Below are positions 33,733 to 44,772 of a stretch of DNA of 64,000 nt, piece after piece. Source of the DNA: Trypanosoma brucei (Eukaryota); NCBI GenBank assembly GCA_000002445.1, contig CP000071.1, positions 1,152,001 to 1,216,000 of the forward strand, given 5' to 3'. Within the stretch, counting starts at the first letter, position 1, and each line of letters begins with the position of its first letter. The notes beneath the pieces are model-generated. The model had not been told where the DNA came from, did not search any database, and was given only the letters and a program-made list of their open reading frames with translations. The position numbers were made by a program, and so were the translations under genes.

Positions 33733-35034
33733 TTATCGCGCGGTGGCATCCCCAGCCGGTGCCGTTAACTTGGCAGCATCCCTGACTTGCTTTCTTCTGC
33801 GACTTCCGACGGCCGCGTCAACTCCGGGGGATTCTGTTGGGTGAAAGTCTGTCAAGACGATTTTCCCCCGCGCATGCCCTGAGGCCACCACGTCCATCAC
33901 ATCGCGCACGCGCTCAATTGAGGCTGTTTCCACATGTAGGCGAAACGCGCCATTCTGATACAACCGCAGCGATTCCTCCACCACAGAACGCAATAACTTA
34001 CGCGTCACCTCACTGCCATACAAACCAGCCAAACACACGTAGCTCACCGATATCTGCTTGCGGAAGAATACACCGCTATTCGCATCATTCGCGTTCATGG
34101 GCCCAGGAAGGACACAAATTGAACCACCAAACCGTAGTGCCTCCGCGTGTTTGGCTGCAAGTGCGGCGTCGGCAAGTTCTAGCACGTAGTCAACGCCCAC
34201 ACTTTGTGTGTGCTCAAGACACTCCTTTACCACATTGTTGGTGGTGTAATCGAACACAAAGTCGGCGCCAAGACTGCTGACGTACGGGACGTTGACTGTT
34301 GAACACGACGCCAATACACATAGCCCGACGTACTTGGCTAGCTGCACAGCCACGCTACCGACGCCGCCCGACGCACCACTAATAAAGATGCTCCGTCCCC
34401 GCTCCACTCGCAACTTGTCGAAAAGTGCCACGTATGCCGCGCCCGCTGAGCATGGCATCGTTGACGCTTCGACGAAATCAATAAAGTCATTGCCGTCCGT
34501 CGGGGCCGGTATTTTCCCCAACGCGTCCGCATGCACTACGGCGTATTGACAAAATGTCCCCCCGAACGGTTGGGACATGTCCGCAAGAAAAGCAACTCGG
34601 TCACCGACCTGGAAGTCGTACTGCTGCTCTTTACTGCTATCCCAGCCCACGCTCTCAATGACACCGGCGCCTTCAACGCCCATCACATAAGGAAAGGGAA
34701 ATAGAGTTTCTGGCCCCAGCATCGTTGAAGCCACACCGGTTCCACGGCTGAGGCCACCGGTAAATAGCGAACTGGAAACCTGGTAGCCAAACGCCGCCCG
34801 CTTTGCATCCACTGGGTTCACCGCTGCAGCATACAGCTTTACCCGGACCTGCCCCTTCCCAGGTGGTGGAATTGTTATTTCTGAGTTTATGGCCGCCGCT
34901 GCTTTCCATTGCCGCACACACTTGGACACCATCCATCCATGGCACCGCAGCGCGTTGCCCAGTGCTTTCCCGCTGGTTCTGCCGTTGCCATTGATATCGT
35001 GAGAACTGGAAGGCTGCGACGTCCCTGCGCCCAT
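33733..35034 (-). CDS. Zinc-binding dehydrogenase / quinone oxidoreductase (medium-chain dehydrogenase/reductase superfamily) protein
   Basis: 'VRVKLYAAAVNPVDAKRAAFGY' is the MDR substrate-domain motif. 'IFISGASGGVGSVAVQLAKYVGLCVLASCS' is the GxGxxG-type NAD(P)-binding Rossmann motif characteristic of quinone oxidoreductase-like MDRs. Confidence 0.7.
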   Translation of the reverse strand: MGAGTSQPSSSHDINGNGRTSGKALGNALRCHGWMVSKCVRQWKAAAAINSEITIPPPGKGQVRVKLYAAAVNPVDAKRAAFGYQVSSSLFTGGLSRGTGVASTMLGPETLFPFPYVMGVEGAGVIESVGWDSSKEQQYDFQVGDRVAFLADMSQPFGGTFCQYAVVHADALGKIPAPTDGNDFIDFVEASTMPCSAGAAYVALFDKLRVERGRSIFISGASGGVGSVAVQLAKYVGLCVLASCSTVNVPYVSSLGADFVFDYTTNNVVKECLEHTQSVGVDYVLELADAALAAKHAEALRFGGSICVLPGPMNANDANSGVFFRKQISVSYVCLAGLYGSEVTRKLLRSVVEESLRLYQNGAFRLHVETASIERVRDVMDVVASGHARGKIVLTDFHPTESPGVDAAVGSRRRKQVRDAAKLTAPAGDATAR

Positions 35035-35663
35035 CTCCTCCCCGCCTGCCTTTCCTTTCTACCTTTATTTGTGTGTTGGTGCCGTCGCTGCTTCCTCGTG
35101 CTCTAAGCAAACCCCACCGCCTACCCCGCCGGATCTACCTTATGCCTGTTCCACTTTCGTCGACAAGAGTACAGTGAAAATAGGCGCAAAGACAGTGAGC
35201 GAGTAGCTTGTCTTCTTCCCTCAGGTCGCTTTTGGAAAAGAAGAAGGACAGAGCGCAACAAACCCACATTTGATATATCACGACATTCATAAAAAACAAG
35301 AAGATATTTCTTTCTTTTTAAGGGATCAAATGGGTGCGGGCCGAAGAATTTACACCGTTAAGACAAGGAATTCTCTCGCAGATGGCGAGTGAATGATCGG
35401 AGTGAAACCAAAAAAAAGCAAAGGGACTTGTACGCACATCCGACAGCGCGCGGTAGTCGGCTGATTGCATACCTCCATCCGCCCAGTCGTTCGCTTGACG
35501 CGTACGTCTCACTTACCTTTTTTGTGTTGTCGTTTGTATCTATTGATCGTTGAGGAGCCAGATTATGAATGGATATCCGAAACGTGTAACTGTGAAAAGG
35601 GAAAGTAAGGGCAACCATGCCCTTGGTAATTACTAAAGTGCAGATGGCTGTGCATGACACGAC

Positions 35664-37781
35664 CTAGCGTTTGCTTCGACAATCGCGGGAGGCACACACA
35701 ACCTCCATGGCTGTCACAGCTAATGGTACTTCCTCACCCATGTCGTCGTCGTCACCTGACATTTCCTGCACATCGTCATCGTCATCATTTCCTTCTTTCC
35801 TATCGCCATCGTTGGCTGTACTGGCTCCAGCTTTCTGCTTTTTCCGCCTTTTGAACAGCCGTTCATCTGTAGCCGCCCATGGCTCAACGCGGCGAACCAA
35901 AATGCCATGGTTTCGTTCATAATGGCGACGTATTGTCCTCACCATCTCGGCTTGGGATACACCAACACAATAACCTCCTTCCAGAAGCACGGTAACAATT
36001 TTTGCTGTGGATATCCTTGAGTTTGCTGCCACGATGCCGTGGAGGATGTCAACTTCCTGTCGTGTCATGTCCCGCTTGTCCTGTTGGCTGTGCGGTAAGA
36101 AGCTTTGTTGGTTCTCCCCCACATCAGTGCAGTTGCTATTTCCATTGGTAGTAAGTGAAGACCCCACATTACCACAAGAACGCAAGCATTGCTCGAACAT
36201 AGTGGTGAACACTTCATCATTGAGCTCAGATGATATTCGTTCAAATTTATCGTAGTCACGCAGTGGGTGGTCTAGCGCAGAGACCGCAACAAATGGACCA
36301 CTGAAGGCGGGAACAAACTTTTCCCTTCCTTTTAAACGGTTCCGTCGGCGCTCGCGTGAGTCAAACATACGCCGTTGAATTTCCGCCTCCGAGTCATCAT
36401 CGTACTCATCGTTGTCGTTGATAAAGTCATTGTTGGCCTCGTCACTACCAACAATGCTACTACTGTTCTCATCAACTTCCTCATCGGAGTTGCTGTCGCC
36501 GCTCATTCCAACATCCTCATCTCCGTCCGCCACATCCCAGTCATCACCAGAATCATACTCGTAGTCAAGGTTGGACATTTGTGGCATCTCCTCGCTAACA
36601 CCAAACCGCGCTAACCGCATTAGCTCCTCTACATTGAGCGCATTTTGACTGTTGTAGGTGCCAAAATATGGGGGGCGCGACTCACAAGGATCAAAGCTAA
36701 TTGCATAGAACCCGCAAAAAATGATTTCATTGCAGAAATCCTTCCGCGGCGGTGGAAGTTGTACGTGGAAGCTACAAGGGCAACGACGTAACGCCTCGGT
36801 GACGTAGGCACTACAACCATCATTTGTGTCGCTATGTGCGGTCGCGTGCTCTATCATCGCAGCAAAAGATGAGTATGGGGTCCCCACTCCTTGGTACATT
36901 TGGGTTGAGTGTGTTTCGTCTTCCTCTCCGGCCCAAACAACTTTACCGTTATTGGTAGCGCATACTTCGGACTGCAACGACTTTGGTGAAGTTTCACCTA
37001 AAAAGAGAACATCGTCAACATGCGTTTCCCTCTTCAGCGCAGGGCCGTCCGGCAACCAAAACTGTAGTGAGAGTGGTGACACCCTCTTGTCCTGCACAAA
37101 TGGCGTGAAAAGTTTGTTAACGCTTGCTTTCGATTCCGTTGATTTCTTTGACTGTGTGTAAAATCCGAAACTTGCCAGACCACGAGAAGGTGGTGATAAA
37201 ACCACTGGGTCAGTTGGTGTCGAATTTTCAGCCACCTTGGTGGGGGGCTCGACGGCTACCTTTTTGTTCTTATCAGCAGCGCCAGATGCCATGCTTCGAG
37301 GCCTTTTTGTTGTAATACGCGGGGTGATTTCATCAGGGGGCTCTATTTTCGCTATAACGCTCCTGACTAGGGCTAACCCAGGGTTGAATTGCGCTGCTTC
37401 TCTTTTCATCTGTGGAGCCCCACTTGGGAAAACTAAAGCGTCTTCCGAGTCATCGTCACTCGACGGTAGTCCGGTCCCATTGCATTTCTCAGATGTGGGA
37501 GCCTCGTTAACAACCTCAGGTGAGGGTTGTGGTTTGCTCACCGATTCAGCACGTGCCATCCCCCTTGTTTTTACGCCTCCCCTGACTTTGTTGGGAGGTT
37601 TCGCAGGGGATTTTTTTCTCTTCTGCTTCCCTGCGCTTTGTAATTCCCCGTTGTCTTCAGTTTTTGGCTTTTGTCCTTTTCTTTTCGCAGTGCAAGGGGC
37701 TGAAACCTTCTGAGGGTGCTTTTTCATCTCTTCACTCTGACCTTGTTCAGGTGCGTTCAGGGGCTCCGCGACACTATCCAT
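35664..37781 (-). CDS. Hypothetical protein (705 aa) with a basic N-terminal region and several poly-acidic (D/E) tracts, possibly nuclear/chromatin-associated
   Basis: The N-terminus is rich in K/R ('KRKGQKPKTEDNGELQSAGKQKRKKSPAKPPNKVRGG'). Acidic runs include 'DVADGDEDVGMSGDSNSDEEVDENSS' and 'NDDDDDVQEMSGDDDDMGEEV'. No catalytic motif recognised. Confidence 0.5.
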   Translation of the reverse strand: MDSVAEPLNAPEQGQSEEMKKHPQKVSAPCTAKRKGQKPKTEDNGELQSAGKQKRKKSPAKPPNKVRGGVKTRGMARAESVSKPQPSPEVVNEAPTSEKCNGTGLPSSDDDSEDALVFPSGAPQMKREAAQFNPGLALVRSVIAKIEPPDEITPRITTKRPRSMASGAADKNKKVAVEPPTKVAENSTPTDPVVLSPPSRGLASFGFYTQSKKSTESKASVNKLFTPFVQDKRVSPLSLQFWLPDGPALKRETHVDDVLFLGETSPKSLQSEVCATNNGKVVWAGEEDETHSTQMYQGVGTPYSSFAAMIEHATAHSDTNDGCSAYVTEALRRCPCSFHVQLPPPRKDFCNEIIFCGFYAISFDPCESRPPYFGTYNSQNALNVEELMRLARFGVSEEMPQMSNLDYEYDSGDDWDVADGDEDVGMSGDSNSDEEVDENSSSIVGSDEANNDFINDNDEYDDDSEAEIQRRMFDSRERRRNRLKGREKFVPAFSGPFVAVSALDHPLRDYDKFERISSELNDEVFTTMFEQCLRSCGNVGSSLTTNGNSNCTDVGENQQSFLPHSQQDKRDMTRQEVDILHGIVAANSRISTAKIVTVLLEGGYCVGVSQAEMVRTIRRHYERNHGILVRRVEPWAATDERLFKRRKKQKAGASTANDGDRKEGNDDDDDVQEMSGDDDDMGEEVPLAVTAMEVVCASRDCRSKR

Positions 37782-38780
37782 GTTTCAGAGGGATATCGAT
37801 TTTTAAAAATATACCAAAAAATCTCTTTTATACCCTTCAATCACTTTTTTCCGACTGGAGCGACACTTCTTTCCTCAAGAGAAAGAAAAAAATATATAAG
37901 CAGATCTATATCCCTTTTTTACTCACTTGTCACTTTTTTTTGAAAAAAAAATGTCTTTGTTTCCCCTTCGTTATTTTCCGTATATTTTCTGTCTTCCCCG
38001 TTCGAAATGCGCACTATCGATATGCCTTTGTGGGGGCTCCCTTCGCCGTAAACTCTCTTATGAGTGGGTGCGGGTACCTCTATATCTTTCTTTTGAGGCT
38101 GATGCACAGCCGCACATTGTGCGGTCATGTTAATAATGTATGAAAGAAATGGGATGGGTAGTGGTGGTGGTGGTGAATAAATACGAGCAAAAACAGCGAG
38201 AATTAATGGGATCCAAGCGAAGAGGCTTGCGTCTAAGTGCTGGTACGTATATGTGAAAGGTTGCCTGCCTTTCGGTACAACCAAGGCACGGCTGTATTGT
38301 CAAATATGATTTGATAAGAGGGGGTTAATGAGGACAAGAAAGGAAGAAAAAAAAGGTACAAGGGTCATAACCCACGAGGGCTTCATCAACTCAAATCATC
38401 GTTTATGCCCCGTTAAACAATTAAAAAAATTTTCATTCCCCATAATTTCTTTAACTGTCTTGTTATAATATAGCTACATACACTCACCACCGGTTTCACT
38501 TGAAGAGATGAAACCTTGTTTTGAACATTAACAAAATGAACAAACAAACAAGTAAGGCTTAATATGCGTTTAAAGTAATGGAAGCAAAGACAAAAAAAGG
38601 GGGAGCAAAAGACCGTGTATAGAAGAATACGAGATAAATACAAAAACACACACCAGTGTATCGGGAAAGAAAACTAAAAACAAATACAGCAGATTCATTG
38701 CAACATAAAAAAGGGCCGGTGTAGATAAGGTGCTCTTCTTAAACTAGAACATGTTGCCACTCACCCTCGCGGCAGTTATT

Positions 38781-39653
38781 CTACACTGCGGTTAGCGCAA
38801 ATGTATCCTCGTCAACATTGCCGCCCTCTCCACACACGAAACTTAGTAAGCTTTCCATTTCTACCTTTGTTAGCGAGGGCTCTTCCATCGTTTCCGACGT
38901 CTTTCTGTGGCTGCGCATGGCTGTCGTGAGGGTTTTGTGGAGTGCCGCGATGTTCATTTGTCGTATGCCACCGGTTCCCCGTTCACACGTGTTGGCAGCG
39001 GCCCATATGGTCTCGAACACTTTGTCTAGGGTATCAGCGTCACTGCGTTGTACAACCACGGGTACGCGCCTCAATAAGTCAACTGCGGGGAGGAACACTC
39101 GCGGTACTTGTGATGGATCGAACACAAATGAACCCGTTTGTAATAGCTGAAGCCCTACATTTTCTAATTTCTTGCGGCTTGTTAGGAGGTCACACGACTC
39201 GAAGTCGATATGTGTCATTAACATACATCGTTTCAACTTGTTCTCGTTTTCACTTTCCCATAGGGTGCGGCTAAGAACATCAGAAAGGAACTCGGCAGGT
39301 GGTTCCTTCACCAATGCGGTAATCCATCCTATTTGCATTAACTGCTTGGTTGTGGGGTTGAAGCCAAGTGATCGGATTATGGATGGAACCGAAACCATTG
39401 GAACCACCTCTGTTTCACACGTTGGTATTCCGGTGGTTAGCAGCAACATCTCGTTGTACGGTACTATCGCAGTTGTGCACGCTTTGATTGCCGTATTGAT
39501 GAATTTCATGTGTACTGCGGCCGCATGTTCACGATGAGTTCGTGCGATGTAGTATGTTTCGTCTAACCAGCGGTGATAGGGCTCGTCCAGGTCATCTTCT
39601 GGAGTAGACTTCTTTTTCTTCTTTTTCTTTTCCTTATGTTGCTTGGGAGGCAT
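38781..39653 (-). CDS. Hypothetical protein (290 aa) with a lysine-rich N-terminus
   Basis: Minus-strand ORF beginning 'MPPKQHKEKKKKKKKSTPEDD'. The rest is globular-looking and no motif was recognised. Confidence 0.45.
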   Translation of the reverse strand: MPPKQHKEKKKKKKKSTPEDDLDEPYHRWLDETYYIARTHREHAAAVHMKFINTAIKACTTAIVPYNEMLLLTTGIPTCETEVVPMVSVPSIIRSLGFNPTTKQLMQIGWITALVKEPPAEFLSDVLSRTLWESENENKLKRCMLMTHIDFESCDLLTSRKKLENVGLQLLQTGSFVFDPSQVPRVFLPAVDLLRRVPVVVQRSDADTLDKVFETIWAAANTCERGTGGIRQMNIAALHKTLTTAMRSHRKTSETMEEPSLTKVEMESLLSFVCGEGGNVDEDTFALTAV

Positions 39654-40393
39654 CAGCTACCGTTTGTGGTTTTCCTTTTTAGTCTTGGAAGGTGGATCGG
39701 GCGAAGAAAATGAGCCCACACACAGAAAACCCCCAGCTAAGAGGGGAAAATGAGGGACCACAGGTGACGACACAGACGAAGTTATAACAAAGGTACACAA
39801 CACGCCCCCTTCAGGCATATGGTGGGCAGCTGGACACAGGCGTCGGATAGAAGAGAAAGAAGGAATTGACAACAAAGAAGAACTGTGCGCTTTAAGATAG
39901 ACAAATGGCCGATGTATGGTGGTCCATTAGTACAGTCACCATATCTGATTCGCAACCCTACACCTGCTACCACCCAAACTGCCTAGAAATACCCCACAAC
40001 TACACCACGTGGCACTAGGCACCCGCCTGCGGCGACCATCAATTGGCGATTACACCATATCCTGCAAAAAAAAAAAGTTGCGTCAGAACCCCCCTAAAAA
40101 GAAAAAAAAGAGATAAATTTGGCTCTTTATTTCCCCTCTTTGTGTGGTTAACCCGCCTGTGTCACTATGGTGCCCTATAGCGGGACCCGGGTAGGGCCAA
40201 GCATCACTGGTGTAAAACAAGCGGCCATGCAATACAAGTGTCCCCCCACCACCAAGTGCCAGCTCTCAACTTCCTTCTGGCATGGTCAAACAGTTGCTTT
40301 TATCCGGCTTTCCTCACGAATGGACCGATGAACCCCTCTATTACGTAGTGGAAGATTCGGCGTTGCCAGTGCCAACAAATCTCTTCATTTTAC

Positions 40394-42331
40394 TCACGCT
40401 TTCTCCTCTTGCGAAGCGCAAGTGACTGCTGACTGCCTTGTCAGTTGCTGTAGGATCCGGTCCACAGTTTTGGAGGCTTTTCTGAGTCCGGCCTCAATAT
40501 ACGTCGGGGTGCGCTGAAGTTCCACCAAACTTAGCGAGTCCCGTAGCAGCGTGCCCGCGCCATATGTGCTGCGTAGTTTATTGGCAAGATAAGACAACTC
40601 GTTATCCTCTAACAGTACCATAAGGTACGGCACGGCCTCGGCGAATAAGTTAAAATCAGGTATAAGCTTCCTTCCCAGGCCCTCGCCCACTACAACGGTT
40701 AGCACAAGCGATGCAAAGTTGCCGTCGATTGGCGTTTTGTTCTCGCGCAACGTGTTCATAATTTTGCACAGGGTAGAGCCGATACGCACATGGCGAAGCG
40801 TAAAACCATCTGATGCACCAGGAGCCACTGTATTGAAGATATTTGTCATATCCATGCGGAATTTTTCCCGTTTCGCTTCCGGGTAGGGGGGTCGCACGTC
40901 TGGTGGAAGTCTGTCGATCATTAAATCCGCACCGAGACTACCGTCGCCGCAAGCGACCGCAGCGAATAATGAAATGAAGTTGTTACGTTCCTCCGGTGAT
41001 AACGACGTGGTGAGCCCAGCGTCGAGGATGATGAGTTCATACTTCAGCTTCGGCTTCCCGTCGGGATACCTCTCCACTGTTGTGGGTGAAAAAAACGTAG
41101 TTGGTGGGACATTTAGTGGGGCCCCCGGGTTCGCCCGAATTAAAATGTTACCGGGGTGAAGGTCAGAGTGCACAAAATTATCTTCAAACAACATTTTCAA
41201 GAACATGTGACAACCCCGCTGCGCGGCGTCGCGGAACTCATCGCAGGGCTGGATTTCTTGTAGTGGTCGACCCTCTTCGAATGTCTCGACCAAAACATCC
41301 GGTGTGCAGAACGACGGAAGCGGTTTGGGAAAAATAACGCCCGGAAAGTCACGGAAATTAAATGCAAACTGCTTCAAGTTATCGCATTCTAGGTCGAGAC
41401 TAAGTTGGGAGCAAAGAAGAGACGAGAACTCACCCAGGGCCCGCCGCAAGTCCAAATACACCGTATCTCGGAACAAAGTCGTAACAACGTTGACGAAACA
41501 CTTCATCACGACAAGATCAGCACATATGATCTCGCGTGTAAGTGGGTGTAGAATCTTTATCGCCACCGTCGTCCCCGTGGGAACACCGTCAACATCTTCC
41601 CTAAGCACAGCCCGATGTACCTGCGCGATACTCCCACTGTTTACAGGTACTTTTTCGATCTCACGCAAGTAGTAAAGAACGTTCTGTCGCGTCCCGGTAT
41701 CCCCTTTCCTTCCTTCATCATTAGAACCTTGGGGCGACTCACGAAATGTGTTGCGCAACGTCTTCTCTGTATGCGACCATGAGTGCGGTTCGGTGTTATC
41801 GTACAACTTCTCTAACGCACTACACATGACCGGTGAGAAGATATCAGGCCGAGTAGCAATCCACTGACCCAGTTTTATATAACTTGGCCCCATAGCTAGG
41901 AGCATATCGCGAACTTTTCCGAAGAAAACAGGTTCGCTGCAAAAATGCAGTCCATATGTGAGAAATGTAAACCATATCACGGGCACCATGTGCACTACAA
42001 GCAGAATTGTCCGAAGTACAACTAAGCCACAGAACAAGATTTCGCGCAGCACATGCGGATGGTACTGGAACACAGCTACCTGCTGCTGATAGCTACCTGA
42101 TCCTGCGATAAACTGCCGCGTGCGACGGGGCGGGAGGCACGTTTGTTGTTGAAGGAGTCGCCGTCGCTCAGGAACCCATACGCCCCGATAATACAAGAGA
42201 AGCGCCCCACCGCACGCCGTTAAGGCCGTAACTCCACCAATACAGAAGAGATGTAATACACTGGGGTATGTGGGCTGAGGGCAAACACGAATTCTTCCCA
42301 TCATCCTTCTTCCGCTCGATCTACACTTCAA
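40394..42331 (-). CDS. ABC1/ADCK/UbiB-family atypical protein kinase (COQ8-like)
   Basis: 'GSIAQVHRAVL...TVAIKILHP' corresponds to the ABC1 N-lobe with the VAIK lysine. 'FVHSDLHPGNILIR' is the hallmark ADCK catalytic-loop motif. 'LIILDAGL' is the DFG-equivalent. There are N-terminal TM/targeting-like segments. Confidence 0.8.
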   Translation of the reverse strand: MKCRSSGRRMMGRIRVCPQPTYPSVLHLFCIGGVTALTACGGALLLYYRGVWVPERRRLLQQQTCLPPRRTRQFIAGSGSYQQQVAVFQYHPHVLREILFCGLVVLRTILLVVHMVPVIWFTFLTYGLHFCSEPVFFGKVRDMLLAMGPSYIKLGQWIATRPDIFSPVMCSALEKLYDNTEPHSWSHTEKTLRNTFRESPQGSNDEGRKGDTGTRQNVLYYLREIEKVPVNSGSIAQVHRAVLREDVDGVPTGTTVAIKILHPLTREIICADLVVMKCFVNVVTTLFRDTVYLDLRRALGEFSSLLCSQLSLDLECDNLKQFAFNFRDFPGVIFPKPLPSFCTPDVLVETFEEGRPLQEIQPCDEFRDAAQRGCHMFLKMLFEDNFVHSDLHPGNILIRANPGAPLNVPPTTFFSPTTVERYPDGKPKLKYELIILDAGLTTSLSPEERNNFISLFAAVACGDGSLGADLMIDRLPPDVRPPYPEAKREKFRMDMTNIFNTVAPGASDGFTLRHVRIGSTLCKIMNTLRENKTPIDGNFASLVLTVVVGEGLGRKLIPDFNLFAEAVPYLMVLLEDNELSYLANKLRSTYGAGTLLRDSLSLVELQRTPTYIEAGLRKASKTVDRILQQLTRQSAVTCASQEEKA

Positions 42332-42849
42332 CCGTGGGAGGGGGAATTTTGCTTCTCCGCGGTAGAGTCTCCTCCGCTAACCGGCCTGAGTTTGGTCGGC
42401 TGAAGTAGTGCCACGGGTCATTATCAGCCACAGTAATAATAAGCGAGCAAACAAGGTTACAGAAATAATGAGATGACAAAGGGGAACAGGAAAATCAAAG
42501 AAAAATAACCAAGTATGGGAAAATATAGGAAGCAGCAGCTCCATTCAACAAAAATATGCCAGCAGTGGGGCATTCAGCAAAAAAAAAGGTAATATCTTCT
42601 ACCGACTCTTTAACCCTCATCACATGTCGTGACGCTATACCTTGACGCGCGAGAAACACTAGGAACAAAAAAGCACCAAAACGAAACGACGGTAAGAGAA
42701 AGACAAAATGAAACCAAATAAAGGAAGGTATTCTAGCAAATAAAAAAAGAAAGCAACAACGCACCGAATTTATCACCTGCACCACGGAGAAAACAAACTT
42801 AAAAAAATTAATCAAAAAAGCCTCAAACAGATTAAAGTGGTTTGACCTA

Positions 42850-44222
42850 TGCAAAAAGTACTAAACAAAATCAACAATCAAAAAAGTCCCACAAAAAAAG
42901 TACACGGTAAGCCAAACAATAAACAACATAAGTCACAAGCAAGCTATCCCCCATTTAAAAGCACCTCCCATCCAAACCATTCCTATCGCGCCTCCCGCCA
43001 GCGCCGTACCAAGGAAGGCAAAGGCACGTCCCACGGAGGAAGCAGAAACCGCCATCGTATGCTTCTTCCTGCAGTTGATGCCACAAAGTGTAATAGAAGG
43101 AGTAAGTGGGATGACAGTGCACGTATCAGTGGGCATGAGCCGTACGGTGATGCGATGCATTTTACGTATCGCTATGAGGTCCTTCCGTCCACATGACGAA
43201 TACAGCTACAAATGATCTTGCACTACAGCGGGTGGTATTAACGATAAGGTTACATCAGCTTCAGCACACTCTGCTTCTGCTTTTAACCCTAGACTTATCT
43301 AATCCCTGCCGCCCATGCAGTTGCATAATTAAATAGAAGATAATAAGGGAGAATGAAAATGAATGAAGATGGGAAAATACGGTGAAGGAACACAAAGGGT
43401 ACTATAGCAGTATAGGAGCACGCCACAAGAAGATGTGCTCGGACAAGCGGATGGATCACCAACAAGATAGGGGACCTTCGGAGGGTTTCACAGTTGGAGT
43501 CAGCATGGACTCACCTCAAAGGAAGACAAATAAGGGAAAAGAATAGAAAAAATAAAATTACGTTCCCCTGTGGCACAACGACGGCAAGCGTCGGGGTACC
43601 TGAAGCTGTACAGGCGTGCTCGCTGTAGCGACCGCACAGTCTTGTATTGTGCACTGCTTCACTGTAACATGATAGTTCATACCCCAATATATGTTGCCTA
43701 CAACCTTGTCCCCTACACACTCAGATGACACCGCACCAGTGGCATGCGGAACCGTAGTGGTAGGAGGCGGCAACCCAGGAACCTCCAGCAGCTGAAAATA
43801 TAATTTTGATGGAGAGATCTCTAGATAGAGCCGGCGTCTATGTATAAACATGCCGGCTGCACTGAGGCCGGCGTTGGGTAACCCCAGAGCCGATGCCAAC
43901 AACAACAAAAAAAAGAAATAACGACCGATCAATAACGATAAGAATGATAATGGTGGAAATACATGTACATGTACGGGAGCACATGAATAACTAGTGAATA
44001 GCGAAAATAGCGATCAGTTGAGTTACTGAGACCTTTCCACCCTGCTCTCACTCAGTTACTGCAAGCACGTGTTGCATGGGAGTGGAAGGACAGTAAGACA
44101 TTGCGCATGTTTGTGTGATAGTCTAGGAAATTCACTGCTCGACCCTTTCTTTGTTGCCGTAGGCAGATGCGTAATCTTGCTCATCCTCATCCAGTGTACT
44201 CACGAATTTCGGACGAGCGGGT
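42850..44222. repeat. Partial relic copy (about 1.37 kb) of the 9.6-kb duplicated unit. It matches 50051-51423 and 59669-61041.
   Basis: Shared ORFs lie at a constant offset of +7201 and +16819 (43160 vs 50361, 43511 vs 50712, 43558 vs 50759, 44069 vs 51270). Identity breaks at both ends. Confidence 0.85.
42933..43160 (-). pseudogene. Truncated 5' fragment (first ~70 codons) of the endonuclease-G-like gene
   Basis: The encoded 'MHRITVRLMPTDTCTVIPLTPSITLCGINCRKKHTMAVSASSVGRAFAFLGTALAGGAIGMV' is identical to the N-terminus of the 506-aa nuclease ORFs at 48841..50361 and 58459..59979. It diverges and terminates after about 75 aa. Confidence 0.7.
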
Positions 44223-44772
44223 GCAGCATTGCACCGTTCACATCACAGCCTGCCATAGCGATTGTTTCTTTTTTTCTCAGGCTATTTGCAAATTGTAGTT
44301 ACCATTGGAGTAATGCGCCAGATAAGGCGGTTTATAAATAATGTCGAGCTGCTCAGTGTCATGCGAACACGTACCTCAGCATTACGGAGGAAAATGGTCT
44401 AGTGTTGTTACCGTGTTTAAATAATTTCGGTCACTTAACAATCTGGTTGTTAGCGTATTGTTTCTTAGGTTTTCTCGCTAGCCGTTCGATTCAAACAATA
44501 CACAACCATTTGTATGCGTGGCCAATCTTAATTATTCAAAAACATGGGAAAACGGAACGTCTGCCAAATTAATGATGTAATGCCCTTAATTGCTATACAT
44601 GCGTGTTACATACAACAACAGCGTTCTTTCAACATGTGTGGTATAGTGCAAACGAAATACAATGCTAAACCCCCACACAGAAGTCCTGTGATGATATCTT
44701 TCTGTTTCTCCACGTAGATGGTGAGCACCATCACGTATTCTGGTGTGACATCAATGCCACTCGTAGCGGTAG

